Part shown: piece after piece, positions 1 to 9,696 of the stretch
How the letters are laid out: the number at the start of each line of letters is the position of its first letter
How positions within the stretch are numbered: the stretch's first letter is position 1
Virus record (IMG/VR): IMGVR_UViG_3300020172_001405
Span: 37,465 to 101,464 of that record
DNA length: 64,000 nt
Reading direction: 5' to 3' (one strand)
From: a virus
Program-made: the position numbers and the translations under genes
The notes under the pieces: model-generated
The model's input: the letters and a program-made list of their open reading frames with translations, nothing else
Databases searched by the model: none
Told to the model about the DNA's origin: nothing

Positions 1-715
1 AGTCTTGATTTGACTTTAGCTCGTAAAGAAAAACTATTTCATTTGGTGCGGACTCTAGTGTGCCCTCTTCAACCATAAGATGAGTTAAGTGTAGGTATAC
101 CTGTCCCTGTAGAATGTGGGATCTAAAAGGCTGCCTAATGTTTTTCCAAGCAGCGTCTAGATCAGCGCCGCCATTAAATAGCGCTGGCATCTCCATACGA
201 ATTGTTCCCGGGCCTACTGACTTAATCTCTATGAGAAAGTCTTCCCCGAGTCCCTTTACCCAACCATCAGAATGGCCTGAGATTCTGTGCTTTGGACTAG
301 ATAAAGGGACTTCTCGATACTCATAAATACCTGTGCCAAGGTTAACCTCGTTAGAGACACCCCACACATAATCATTATCAGTCTCGCAATACCATTTGCC
401 ATAAAGGACACCCATATCGTTTAGCCAACCCTGCCACTTAGCGTGAACAGAATGGCCAACACTGAATATAGAACTAAGTCTAAGAGTAGGCTTCTCTCTA
501 ACCTCAACATAATTCCCATTTAATGCGTGATAGGCCGCAAGAGCGCACCACTCAGGCTTAATTATGTCAGAAGGGTGGAGCACATCCTGCGAACGCTCAT
601 CAAAAGGTTGAGCGAGCATATGACGCTCCATATAACCCAATAAACGAGTCTCTCGCTTATTAGCATCTAAGAAAGCTTTGAGCTTCTTACTAGAGACTGT
701 TTGAGATTTTGCCAC
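1..715 (-). CDS. Cas4-like / PD-(D/E)XK exonuclease (3' end runs off the window)
   Basis: Not in the ORF track. Manual translation from GTG at 715, directly after the whiB stop: MAKSQTVSSKKLKAF...LHPSDIIKPEWC...GHSVH...ISGHSDGWV...LIEIKS...HILQGQVYL. This contains the G-x-x-D, E-x-K and Q-x-x-x-Y motifs of RecB/Cas4-type nucleases. Confidence 0.8.
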   Translation of the reverse strand, partial: MAKSQTVSSKKLKAFLDANKRETRLLGYMERHMLAQPFDERSQDVLHPSDIIKPEWCALAAYHALNGNYVEVREKPTLRLSSIFSVGHSVHAKWQGWLNDMGVLYGKWYCETDNDYVWGVSNEVNLGTGIYEYREVPLSSPKHRISGHSDGWVKGLGEDFLIEIKSVGPGTIRMEMPALFNGGADLDAAWKNIRQPFRSHILQGQVYLHLTHLMVEEGTLESAPNEIVFLYELKSNQD

Positions 716-1030
716 TTATTTTTCCTTTTCTAACCATTCATCCAGGGTAAGGCCTTGTTTTTCATACTTACGTTTCATAGCATTACGTTCTCTGTGGGAC
801 ATGCCCCCAAAGATTCCATGAAGTTCGTCGTTGTTTACAGCTTCACGTAAACATTGCTTGCGAACAGGGCAGGCAGACTTACCGTCTTTGCCCCAACATA
901 TCGCCTTAGCTTTGTCTGCAATTGGCTTGTATAGTGCTTTGTCTCTTGGTGGAAAAAAGATTTCAGTGTCTTCGCCACGACACTTTGCATCATATCTCCA
1001 AGCCCAGGGAGGGTTTTCCCTGTTGTCCAA
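716..1030 (-). CDS. whiB: WhiB-family Fe-S transcription regulator
   Basis: AKC..EDTEIFFP...AKAIC...CPVRKQCL...GIFGGMSHRER: four Cys plus the G(I/V)xGG turn. Confidence 0.92.
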   Translation of the reverse strand: MDNRENPPWAWRYDAKCRGEDTEIFFPPRDKALYKPIADKAKAICWGKDGKSACPVRKQCLREAVNNDELHGIFGGMSHRERNAMKRKYEKQGLTLDEWLEKEK

Positions 1031-1348
1031 TTATTCTCCTTGTAGTGAGTTTCGAAGTTCAAAAAAATCCTCCTCTCCAAGTATTACGTAGTTCTCCCCG
1101 TCAAGGTGTATACCAAGAATAGGTATACGTCCATCAAGAATAGCCTCCATAGTAATCTTTTTAAGAACATCTGATTTAACTGTGACCTGTTTTTTACCAG
1201 TCCACTTGTGCTCAATCAATAGCTCTTTGTTTCTTACGTCACCTTTTCTAGACCAAAAAGCTCCAGAAGCAGCAGACACAGACCCACCAATTACTTTTGC
1301 AAGCCTATTCTCATGCTTGCGCGATTGTTTTTGACCCTCAGTCCTCAT
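1031..1348 (-). CDS. Holliday junction resolvase-like PD-(D/E)XK nuclease
   Basis: HENRLAK...SGA....KGDV....LLIEHK pattern; lies next to recA. Confidence 0.75.
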   Translation of the reverse strand: MRTEGQKQSRKHENRLAKVIGGSVSAASGAFWSRKGDVRNKELLIEHKWTGKKQVTVKSDVLKKITMEAILDGRIPILGIHLDGENYVILGEEDFFELRNSLQGE

Positions 1349-2390
1349 TGCCCACCATTAAAACCGGTTGAGACTTTAAAGTATCAAGAACAGCCTTGCT
1401 TAGTTCTTCACTAAGATCAATCTCTTCACGAAGAGAATCAATCAAAGCTTGGGCTCCTTGCCACTTTCGATCACCGTAGTACATCCACCCTCCACGGCGT
1501 TCGATAATCCCGTTAAGGATTCCTAAAGCAACAATTTCCTTGCCCCTATCATACTCCCCTCCGGAGATAGCTCCCCCACCTGAGAAGTAGAAGTCCATAT
1601 ATGCGGTCTGTTGAGGAGGAAATGTCTTGTTCTTAATAGTTCTTACTCGAATTGTCTGACCCACACGCTTCTTATCCTGGCCTGTGCCTACCTCTAGCCA
1701 GTCATCGCGCTTTACTTCGCAACGAATACTGTAGGCGTAGTCCTTGCCTAGACCACCAGGAGTCGTACGAGGATCGCCATGCATAACGCCAATCTTCATA
1801 CGATACTGATTAATCATTAGTCCGAGTACTGGTCGTTCTTCTTCAACGAGGTCTCTCTTGGTAGCTGACGCCACTTTTCTAAAGAACTTATTGGTAATAA
1901 GTGCGCCACGACCCACAGTAAATTCTTCCATGTGTTTTTCATCTTCTGCGCTAGGGACAAGGGCAGGAAGAGAATCGACAACGACCATGTCCACAGCCTT
2001 GCTTTCCATAAACTGAATAACCGAATCAAATGCATCCTCCATACTATTAGTTTCTACTAAAAGAACTCTCTGTGTATCAACCCCACACATCTCTGCGTAG
2101 CCGGTATCAAACTGTTCTGCTGCAATCCATACAACGGTGAAGTCTGGGTTTAGCTTTTGGTTTGCCGCTATAGTCTTTAGAGCTATCGCGGTCTTACCGT
2201 GTGAAGCCTCACCAACAACCTCTACCCAGTGATTCATTGGCCAACCCCCACCAAGAACAACATCTAGGGTTAAAGACCCGGTAGTAATTCTTTTAGGCAC
2301 ATGAACCTTGTCAGCAGTTACAACTGTGTGGTCCCCAAGCTTCTTATTAATTAAAGCTGCAATCTTTAGTACGTCCGAATTTAGAGCCAT
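1338..2390 (-). CDS. recA: RecA-like recombinase
   Basis: TGSLTLDVVLGGG, Walker A GEASHGKT, Walker B VVVDS, INQYRMKIGVMHGDPRTTPGG, KNK motif. Confidence 0.95.
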   Translation of the reverse strand: MALNSDVLKIAALINKKLGDHTVVTADKVHVPKRITTGSLTLDVVLGGGWPMNHWVEVVGEASHGKTAIALKTIAANQKLNPDFTVVWIAAEQFDTGYAEMCGVDTQRVLLVETNSMEDAFDSVIQFMESKAVDMVVVDSLPALVPSAEDEKHMEEFTVGRGALITNKFFRKVASATKRDLVEEERPVLGLMINQYRMKIGVMHGDPRTTPGGLGKDYAYSIRCEVKRDDWLEVGTGQDKKRVGQTIRVRTIKNKTFPPQQTAYMDFYFSGGGAISGGEYDRGKEIVALGILNGIIERRGGWMYYGDRKWQGAQALIDSLREEIDLSEELSKAVLDTLKSQPVLMVGNED

Positions 2391-2779
2391 TATTGAATCC
2401 TATCTACTATGACGTTTGGTTTAAAGCCTGATCCTTGATTAGGTTGTTTAGCTGGTATTGCTGCACCGCCGCTGGAACTAGTAGAGATTACTCCACTTCC
2501 GGCTTGTACCAAAGGATACCCACAATCATAGCAGCGCATCAAGTTGGTTCCTGGAGGCGACATATAGTTTCCTGAGTTACATCCTGGACAACGGGTACTT
2601 TGACGAGAACTTTGAGCTTTACTCATAGTTTGGTCGCTAGCTTGATCGTAAGTAACCTGTACGTTTGGACTTCCCGGCTGATGCGCGTACGGCAAGTTAA
2701 CAGGAGGACTAGTTCGTGGAGTAGAACTAGTATTAGGTTGGGTGCTTAATTTCTTAGCCCACCAGTCATTATTCGTCAT
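2390..2779 (-). CDS. hypothetical zinc-ribbon protein
   Basis: CPGC...CYDC pair; translationally coupled to recA. Confidence 0.65.
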   Translation of the reverse strand: MTNNDWWAKKLSTQPNTSSTPRTSPPVNLPYAHQPGSPNVQVTYDQASDQTMSKAQSSRQSTRCPGCNSGNYMSPPGTNLMRCYDCGYPLVQAGSGVISTSSSGGAAIPAKQPNQGSGFKPNVIVDRIQ

Positions 2780-3212
2780 CGTTTGATACCACCTTTGTTT
2801 CTAGTAAACCGAGATTCATTAAAGTTGAGATACAGGATACTGAAGACGACATAGATACTAATTTAAATAACCTAGTTAATTCTTCTAAAGCTTCTTCACT
2901 ACCCGGAACAGCGCTATTAACAAGATCTGCTTCTATAGAGTATGCTGCACAGGCAATTTGCGCTGCTATCTCAGCATGAGAATCTATAAAAGGAAGTAAT
3001 GCGGAAAACTGTGAGATTCGCTCTTCACTCGCACGTATTTCCATTTCTGATACCTCATCAGATATTGGTTCTAACCCCATCATTGTTGAGATCTTATCTG
3101 CAGAGTCAAAAATTGAATCATAAATTACTTGGCGAATAAGTATAGGCATAGATACATTAACTACGTGATCTACAATGTCATACTTGTCTTTACGCTTTCT
3201 AAATGGCCACAT
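2769..3212 (-). CDS. hypothetical protein
   Basis: Start moved to ATG 3212 (MWPFRKRK), which forms a TAATG overlap with the polA stop. Confidence 0.65.
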   Translation of the reverse strand: MWPFRKRKDKYDIVDHVVNVSMPILIRQVIYDSIFDSADKISTMMGLEPISDEVSEMEIRASEERISQFSALLPFIDSHAEIAAQIACAAYSIEADLVNSAVPGSEEALEELTRLFKLVSMSSSVSCISTLMNLGLLETKVVSNDDE

Positions 3213-5191
3213 TACTTTGCCTCTCCCCAACGAGACACTATCTTAACATCTGCCAGCATAGGTATGCTGAGGGCGCGTATCTCCTCCATAGCTAGGCGGA
3301 TCTGCTCTGCAGTCTCCTCAGCTAGGTAGTCTGGAGTAACAGTAACAAGCTCATCGTGAACGGTCAAAATTAGGCTTGCCTCATCCGGAATCATGGCGCT
3401 AGCTCGTACCATAGCTACCTTAATTAGATCTGCTGCAGAACCCTGAATCACGGTATTAAAAGCCTGTCGTTCAGCCCTAGACCGCTTCCACTGTTCTTTT
3501 GCACGAAGATCTGGCAAATAACGTCTACGCTTAAGCAGAGTGTTTACAAATGGGATAGGTGCTCTACGTCTGCTATCTGCAATCACCTGTCTTTTGTATC
3601 GATTAACTGCAGGAAACTTTGCAGAGAATGAGTCTAACAACTCACGTGCTTCGGTAAGGCTACACCCAATTTCGGTAGCAATCTTATCTGGACCAACACC
3701 ATACGCTAAAGAAAGAACTAATACCTTTCCTGCTTTACGATCTACGCCCATTGTATTTCCAATAGTAGTGTAAATATCTTCTTTGTTTTGATACGCCTGT
3801 ATCATGGTACGGTCGTGACTAAAAGACGCTATGATTCTAGGTTCTATTTGACTGTAATCAGCTACAACTAATTTATGTCCCTCTGGAGCAACAAAAAGAT
3901 TGCGAATTGCTTTACCATTAGCAGTATGCGGAGCCGGCACATTCTGCAAATTCGGATTGCGACTCGAGAATCGGCCGGTCTCCGCACCATATTGAACAAA
4001 GTCTGTGTGAATACGCCCACGGTATAGAAGGCTTTCTTTTGCTACAAGCTTCTCTTTTCCTAACAAAGTTCTTGCTACGTCACCGCCAAGGTACGGCACT
4101 ACATACGTCGTAAGAAGCTTATTCAATTCTGAGTACTTAAGCAGGTTACCTACAAGAGCATCTTTTTCTCTAAACATATCTATGGCAGGCTCGGCTACTG
4201 AGTAGTCGTTTACTGTAGGGGTTAAGCCGCTGTCTATTCTCTTTTGTCCCGCTGGAGTTGTTACCTTAGGCTTTAGTCCTCTACCCCCATCTTTTTTAGA
4301 TGTAAATAGTAGTTGCTGTCGTTCTGGTACAGAGTTAATATTAAAAGCTCTGCCAGCTAAACCAAAGATAGTTGCTTTTGTTTTTTCTAATTGCTCGTCT
4401 AAATCATCTTTTAAGAGCGCTAGTTGCTCTACATCTACATCTGCTCCGTGTAGTTCCATGTCGCAGATAACCTTTAGAACATCCATCTCTAGGCTAAATA
4501 TTCCCCATAGACCGTCTTCTTTTAGGCGCTCCTCATACCGCTTGTAGAGTTTCCAAGTCCATTCAGCATCTAATCCAGCATAGGTAGCTACCTCATCAAA
4601 GGAGTGGTCTTCGATCTTTTTACCCACTCCCTTGACCATATCAAAATCAAATTCTCTTTTTAAACAGTCATCTAATCCAAGATCAGTTCTGTCTTGACTG
4701 TTGATTACAAAAGCCGCATTCAAGGTGCAGAAAAAAGTAGGCTCTGGTCTTCCGCCCATGTACTTAGCCACGCTCTGTAGATCAAACTTTAGGTTATGGC
4801 CAACCTTTACCTTATCTCCCTTAAGTAAAGGCTTAAGTGCTTTAAATACTTCTCCACGAGTTAGCTGCTCAGGAGGCTCAGAAAATATCTTTGTTGCTTT
4901 TCGACCATCTTTACTGTAGTCATAGTCTGGTCGTAATTCTAATCCCTGCTCCATACGAGCTAAGGCAGAAGGCAGTAATGGGTAGTCAGTTCGTATGTAT
5001 TGGCCATTTGGGTGGCCCATAGGAATAACATCTACGCGATCGTGTGTTGCGAGAGCGATCCAAACTACGTCGTTCTGTCTTGGATCTCCTCTGTGAGGGC
5101 CCATTGTTTCTACGTCATATACGAACGCGTCAACTTTTTCATACGCGCTTACAACTTCATCTAACTGTTCTTTAGTTAATACGATCCTCAT
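3212..5191 (-). CDS. polA: DNA polymerase family A (3'-5' exonuclease + polymerase; no 5'-3' exonuclease domain)
   Basis: ExoI YDVET, ExoII GHNLKFD, ExoIII YAGLDA; TGRFSSRNPNLQN, motif A DYSQIE, motif B RKAGK...YG, motif C VHDE. Confidence 0.96.
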   Translation of the reverse strand: MRIVLTKEQLDEVVSAYEKVDAFVYDVETMGPHRGDPRQNDVVWIALATHDRVDVIPMGHPNGQYIRTDYPLLPSALARMEQGLELRPDYDYSKDGRKATKIFSEPPEQLTRGEVFKALKPLLKGDKVKVGHNLKFDLQSVAKYMGGRPEPTFFCTLNAAFVINSQDRTDLGLDDCLKREFDFDMVKGVGKKIEDHSFDEVATYAGLDAEWTWKLYKRYEERLKEDGLWGIFSLEMDVLKVICDMELHGADVDVEQLALLKDDLDEQLEKTKATIFGLAGRAFNINSVPERQQLLFTSKKDGGRGLKPKVTTPAGQKRIDSGLTPTVNDYSVAEPAIDMFREKDALVGNLLKYSELNKLLTTYVVPYLGGDVARTLLGKEKLVAKESLLYRGRIHTDFVQYGAETGRFSSRNPNLQNVPAPHTANGKAIRNLFVAPEGHKLVVADYSQIEPRIIASFSHDRTMIQAYQNKEDIYTTIGNTMGVDRKAGKVLVLSLAYGVGPDKIATEIGCSLTEARELLDSFSAKFPAVNRYKRQVIADSRRRAPIPFVNTLLKRRRYLPDLRAKEQWKRSRAERQAFNTVIQGSAADLIKVAMVRASAMIPDEASLILTVHDELVTVTPDYLAEETAEQIRLAMEEIRALSIPMLADVKIVSRWGEAK

Positions 5192-5208
5192 TATTGCTCC
5201 TTGTTAAA

Positions 5209-5277
5209 GCTAAGGGGCCTAGTAGAAGGGAGGGTTTGCTCGGAAAGGCATTAACGAGCAAATCTAGGCCCCTTAGC
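5209..5277 (-). promoter_or_regulatory. long bulged stem-loop between ssb and polA (terminator, processing site or translational operator)
   Basis: 14-bp stem GCTAAGGGGCCTAG/CTAGGCCCCTTAGC plus 8-bp stem TTTGCTCG/CGAGCAAA, ending just upstream of the polA RBS AAGGAG. Confidence 0.7.
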
Positions 5278-5289
5278 ATGGTTGAGAGA

Positions 5290-6006
5290 TTACTGACCTT
5301 GGATGATTTCTTTAGCGATTTCATCAAGTTCCGCTGTCGTAGACATGCGGAGTGCTTCAGGTCCAAGTGGCTTCATTTTTGAAGTCAACTCAGATGCAAC
5401 TGCAGGATCAATCTCCCAATCTTCAACAAGATCACGCTCTTTTACTGGCATGATTGAATATGAAGTTTTGGTTCCTTGACCAGACTTACTTACCGCCCAG
5501 TAAATATCTGGGCGATCTAGTGGACCGGTTTTCTTGTCAGAGTTTAGTTTCTCTAACTGACCGCACAAACGAATTCCACAAGTCATCATTTGGATCTGTG
5601 GTTCTTCATCTGAAAGGTTTACGACTGTGAAAGCAAACTTGCGTTCGGGCTTGTTGCCAACACGGGATAGTGGATCATTTTCCCAGCCAATGAAAGACTT
5701 CTTGCCTGGACGTTGAACCCAATGCTGCAAAAAGCTCATGGGCTCAGCAGATAGGAACTTGATTAGTTGTACATCTTCATCAAACTTGAAATCAGCAGTA
5801 TAGGATTTATTTGCTTCAGACGCTGCACGTTTTGCAGCAGCCCATCCAGTTTGAATTACAGAAGAGCGATCAGGTACTTCATTCTCTGAGTCTTCTTCGA
5901 AGAGTTCTACAGAAGTATCTACTTCTGCAGTTGGGATATCGCTGACATAAGAGTCAACATTTGGAGCATCTTTTTTGATGCGTAGTGCATTTGCTTGAAC
6001 TGACAT
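5290..6006 (-). CDS. single-stranded DNA-binding protein (T4 gp32-like)
   Basis: IKFL...FLQHWV...YWAVSKSGQGTKTSYSI pattern and position next to polA. Start re-called at ATG 6006, after an AAAGGAA RBS. Confidence 0.7.
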   Translation of the reverse strand: MSVQANALRIKKDAPNVDSYVSDIPTAEVDTSVELFEEDSENEVPDRSSVIQTGWAAAKRAASEANKSYTADFKFDEDVQLIKFLSAEPMSFLQHWVQRPGKKSFIGWENDPLSRVGNKPERKFAFTVVNLSDEEPQIQMMTCGIRLCGQLEKLNSDKKTGPLDRPDIYWAVSKSGQGTKTSYSIMPVKERDLVEDWEIDPAVASELTSKMKPLGPEALRMSTTAELDEIAKEIIQGQ

Positions 6007-6047
6007 TTGAGTGTTAGTTCCTTTCTTAGCCATAGCCATAGGTAAAG

Positions 6048-6518
6048 TCAAGAAACGGTTGCTTCTTGAGTGTGAATCATAGTCCAATTCTCCAATAATT
6101 CAATTGAGAGATCTGGCCAACGATTCCAATCAATCCGTGGAGAATCTAAAAGATTCCTGGATTGAAAACTGTGAATTGCAGACTCTATCATAGCACGGCT
6201 GTACATACGAGAGCCGGGCAGTTTCTTTCCATCTACAATTATTGATTTAAGTCTATAGGGCGCTCTAGGTATATATCCTTTTCTTTCCCACAACCGAACA
6301 GTAACCACTGGTCGGCCTAAGGCAAGACATAAAGATCCTACACTAAATAGCTCAACGGTTTTTCCTCCTGGTAAAGCTTTTACTTTACCTTGAGATTCCC
6401 ACCCTTCTTTTACTTCCTTCTTTTTTGGTTCAGGAAAGGCTACAGATTTACGTTTGCGTTTAGACCCCGGATAATACTGGTCCATATCTTTAAACATTGA
6501 ATCAATAGCATCAGACAT
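6048..6518 (-). CDS. MerR-like helix-turn-helix DNA-binding protein
   Basis: FSVGSLCLALGRPVVTVRLWERKGYIP...RMYS resembles the MerR HTH. Confidence 0.65.
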   Translation of the reverse strand: MSDAIDSMFKDMDQYYPGSKRKRKSVAFPEPKKKEVKEGWESQGKVKALPGGKTVELFSVGSLCLALGRPVVTVRLWERKGYIPRAPYRLKSIIVDGKKLPGSRMYSRAMIESAIHSFQSRNLLDSPRIDWNRWPDLSIELLENWTMIHTQEATVS

Positions 6519-6520
6519 AA

Positions 6521-6964
6521 TTAACCCTTAGAAGGAATAAAAGCCCAAGTGATCTTCTTTGGAAACATTGCATCTACTTCTTCTTCGGTTAACTTACCTT
6601 CGTAAAGACAAGACATAATCTCATCTTCATCAACCGTAGGAACAGAACGAATGCAACGCTCTGCAAGACCGCGCTTTGTTAAAGTTAAGATTGCTGTGTC
6701 CATATCTAAAGACTGAGACACTCTACGTTGACGCTGCATAGAAACATAGCCATCAACTTCTTCTGGAAGAGATACCCAAACGTGACCTTTATCGTCAACT
6801 TCGCCGTGCTCTTCTACATACTGGTTTAACTCAGCTTTTATTTCATTTTGCTTTTTAGTAAACTCGTCTACTCTTGTTTTGTAAGAGATAAACTCCCGAA
6901 ACTTTGCGACTAAAGGATTTCCTTTAGCCTCAGGTTTGCGTGCTGGTTCAGCAATTTTTGCCAT
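6521..6964 (-). CDS. hypothetical protein (N-terminal coiled coil)
   Basis: 147-aa ORF with strong RBS AAGGAGG; no motif recognised. Confidence 0.65.
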   Translation of the reverse strand: MAKIAEPARKPEAKGNPLVAKFREFISYKTRVDEFTKKQNEIKAELNQYVEEHGEVDDKGHVWVSLPEEVDGYVSMQRQRRVSQSLDMDTAILTLTKRGLAERCIRSVPTVDEDEIMSCLYEGKLTEEEVDAMFPKKITWAFIPSKG

Positions 6965-6992
6965 TTATTTACCCTCCTTGATAGGTGTTTGT

Positions 6993-7021
6993 ACCCTACA
7001 TTAGATTTTTTCTTCTTGCAA
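6993..7021 (-). promoter_or_regulatory. putative sigma-A/70-type promoter for the ssb-polA-recA operon
   Basis: Minus strand TTGCAA-N17-TAGGGT, about 30 nt upstream of the 6964 start. Confidence 0.55.
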
Positions 7022-7162
7022 CTCTTTGATGTACACCTCTAGTGCACGGATTATGACATCGGTCACAGTCCTGTTTTCGTAAGCTGCCTTAGCCTTTACC
7101 GCTGCCCATAGGTCATCTGGGACTCTTATGGTACGGGTAGGCGTCTTTGGTGCATTTGGCAC
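7001..7162 (-). CDS. ribbon-helix-helix (Arc/CopG-like) DNA-binding protein, 53 aa
   Basis: Below the ORF-track cutoff. Manual translation MPNAPKTPTRTIRVPDDLWAAVKAKAAYENRTVTDVIIRALEVYIKELQEEKI; GTG start after an AGGAG RBS. Confidence 0.85.
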   Translation of the reverse strand: MPNAPKTPTRTIRVPDDLWAAVKAKAAYENRTVTDVIIRALEVYIKELQEEKI

Positions 7163-7171
7163 GGTCTTCTC

Positions 7172-8758
7172 CTAAACTATAGCGGACTGTAAGAATGCCC
7201 TCAAACTGCCCGCGGTAAGGTTTACGCCCCCACGGTCGTTTATGCCCTCACCATCTACAACAGCATTAGCTACAGCGCTCTTTTGCTCTAGAAGGGCGTG
7301 TTGCCGTTCTTCGATAGAACCCTGCATCAGGATATCCTGAATAACTATGCTCTTCCAGGTGCTTGAGGCACGCATTATTCTACCGTTTCTTTGTACGGCT
7401 AACCCTGCATTCCAAGGTAAATCGTAATTTATTAAAAGATTAGCCTGAGGTAGGTCTACCCCATATCCTCCGGCATCAGAGCTGACCAGCACTCTAACAT
7501 TTGGGTCTGTTTGAAAACTAATCTTTGACTCTTCTTTTTCTTTAGCGTTCATTTGCCCTGTGTATGGAGTACTTCCCCACTCAATCAAAGAATCCCTAAT
7601 TATGTCTACCATTTTTACATAGCTAGTAAAGATAACAACTTTATTGCCAGGATAGGCAGACAAAAAGTTATCTACATACTCTTTTAAAACAGCAAGCTTT
7701 GGTGCTTTTTTAATTGAATCTAGTAACCCTGAATCTTTTAACTCTGCTGCGTATTTAGATCCTTCTCCACGCATAGGGTTGTATATATCAGCAGAGTGGC
7801 GAATTAAATCTGGGTGATCGCACAACATGCGTAGTGAAGTTAACTTTGACATTATTTTTCCCCGTAGTTCGTCCATAGGACCACCTTGATCGCTCTGATG
7901 ACCGTAGTGGGCAAAGATGTCAAAGGATCCGCCAAAAGAGTTTAGGGCGTCATCTAGGTCAGTTAAAAGCTCAGTAACTATAGAGTTGTACAGGTTTCTA
8001 GTGGCTGCATCAAAGAGTACAAATATTGGCTCAGCCATAAGTGACTCAGGTAAATACGGAGCTACATCAGGATCTGACTGGCGCTTTCGTACGCATGCCT
8101 TGCTTAAAGTTTTGTGTAGTACCGGTAAATTACGGTATCTGTCTACCCCACCAAATTGATTACGAACAATAAAGGTTGAGTCAAATAAATCAAATCTTCC
8201 TAAAACTTTAGGGTCTACGAACTGCATTATTGAGTATAGCTCTTCAGGCTTACCGTTCTCAATTGGAGTACCGGTTAAAGCAAATTTATAGGGGCTCTCT
8301 AGTTTCTTTACATACTTAGATCTTTTGGATCTAAAACTTTTGATTGCGGTGGCTTCGTCAATGACGATAAATCCTGTTGGGAGCTTTTCGATGTACTCCC
8401 AGTCGTTAACAACTTGCTCATAGTTAACAATGACATAATTAATGAGCGAATGCCCCCAGTCGAAGGCTTGAGCATACTGCGCTGCTCGTTGTTTCGGCGT
8501 TCCATCCACGACCAGAGTTGTAGAAGATCCATCAGTAAATTTCTCAATCTGTGAGGCCCATTGATATTTAAGGGAAGAGAGACAAATTATAAGGCCTGGT
8601 TCAGTAATCTTACCCTCATCCATCAAGTTTTCTAACGCCGCTATAGTCAAAACGGTTTTACCTAATCCAAGGTCGTAGGCAACAAGCATCTTTTTTCTAA
8701 CCATCATTCGCTCTACAGCTTCAGGTTGGTATGGCAAAAGAGTACCTGTAAAGGTCAT
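7172..8758 (-). CDS. SNF2-family helicase/ATPase
   Basis: LLPYQ, DLGLGKT, VIDEAT (DEAH variant), LTGTPIEN, AGGYGVDL, YDLPWN, QRNGR. Confidence 0.93.
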   Translation of the reverse strand: MTFTGTLLPYQPEAVERMMVRKKMLVAYDLGLGKTVLTIAALENLMDEGKITEPGLIICLSSLKYQWASQIEKFTDGSSTTLVVDGTPKQRAAQYAQAFDWGHSLINYVIVNYEQVVNDWEYIEKLPTGFIVIDEATAIKSFRSKRSKYVKKLESPYKFALTGTPIENGKPEELYSIMQFVDPKVLGRFDLFDSTFIVRNQFGGVDRYRNLPVLHKTLSKACVRKRQSDPDVAPYLPESLMAEPIFVLFDAATRNLYNSIVTELLTDLDDALNSFGGSFDIFAHYGHQSDQGGPMDELRGKIMSKLTSLRMLCDHPDLIRHSADIYNPMRGEGSKYAAELKDSGLLDSIKKAPKLAVLKEYVDNFLSAYPGNKVVIFTSYVKMVDIIRDSLIEWGSTPYTGQMNAKEKEESKISFQTDPNVRVLVSSDAGGYGVDLPQANLLINYDLPWNAGLAVQRNGRIMRASSTWKSIVIQDILMQGSIEERQHALLEQKSAVANAVVDGEGINDRGGVNLTAGSLRAFLQSAIV

Positions 8759-9696
8759 ATTGCTAACGCCCCCATCACACAGTGCTTGGCTTGCTCGAGG
8801 CCTAAGTCTATCTGATCAGCAGACATATCCCCTATATCCTTTACGTCACTGGAAGTGTAATTAAAGAACCAGCACTCTATCCCAACCTTTCTAAAGGTAG
8901 ATAGTAGGGTTTGACTTGACTTCTTGCCCGCCACATCGTTGTCCATGGCAATAACTAAAGTCTTTGCTCTACGCATTATCTCTATCTGATCGCTGCTTAC
9001 GGTAGCCCCAAAGGTTGCTACGCCTCCTGGTATGCCCACAGAGGCTAATTTGACGGCATCTAGAGGAGACTCAACAACAATCATCTGATCCCCATCCCAA
9101 CAGTCCAGGCCAAATAAAGTCTTTGACTTTGGGACGCCTGGAGGACGGTTAAAGAATCTTCTTGAAAGCTGACCCTTTTCTTGCCAGCCAAGCAGTTTGT
9201 TGTGGTCAACTGTTCGTATCGGTAGGATCCAAGAAGAATCGTTTGCTTGCCAGCGGACCCCATACCTATTGCAAGCATCAATAGTTATACCCCGCTCATT
9301 AGCTGCCCATATCGGCACGTCTCCAAAGACAGCTAGTCGAGCTTCGCTCATTGGTACAAGCCTAGGCAAATGGATGTAGGTTTTTTTAGCTTCATCCAAC
9401 TGCCGGGATATAAAATCAATGTCTAACTCAACATCTGTTCTAAGCCATGATTTAGCTTTTTCTAGATCTCCGTACTCAAGAAGATCTGAGATGAGGGTTA
9501 GTAGGTTACCTTTGTAACCACAGGAGAAACAATTATGTGCGCCAGTAATAGCATTTATAGACCAAGAAGGATTATTATCTTTCTTACCGGTTCTGTACTC
9601 GTGCATAGGGCACATAGCCCCAAGTTCACGGCTGCGAGGAATCGATACTATGCTTAGGCGCAGTAAAGTACGCTCTACTTCTCCTTCACGAAACAT
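8755..9696 (-). CDS. DNA primase (CHC2 zinc finger + TOPRIM)
   Basis: CPMH...CFSC zinc-binding motif; VVESPLDA and MDND TOPRIM motifs. Confidence 0.9.
   Translation of the reverse strand: MFREGEVERTLLRLSIVSIPRSRELGAMCPMHEYRTGKKDNNPSWSINAITGAHNCFSCGYKGNLLTLISDLLEYGDLEKAKSWLRTDVELDIDFISRQLDEAKKTYIHLPRLVPMSEARLAVFGDVPIWAANERGITIDACNRYGVRWQANDSSWILPIRTVDHNKLLGWQEKGQLSRRFFNRPPGVPKSKTLFGLDCWDGDQMIVVESPLDAVKLASVGIPGGVATFGATVSSDQIEIMRRAKTLVIAMDNDVAGKKSSQTLLSTFRKVGIECWFFNYTSSDVKDIGDMSADQIDLGLEQAKHCVMGALAI

Noticed and set aside
1-715. CRISPR-Cas locus suggested by the Cas4-like gene
   Set aside because: No other cas genes and no repeat-spacer array seen; solo Cas4-like nucleases are common in phage recombination modules.
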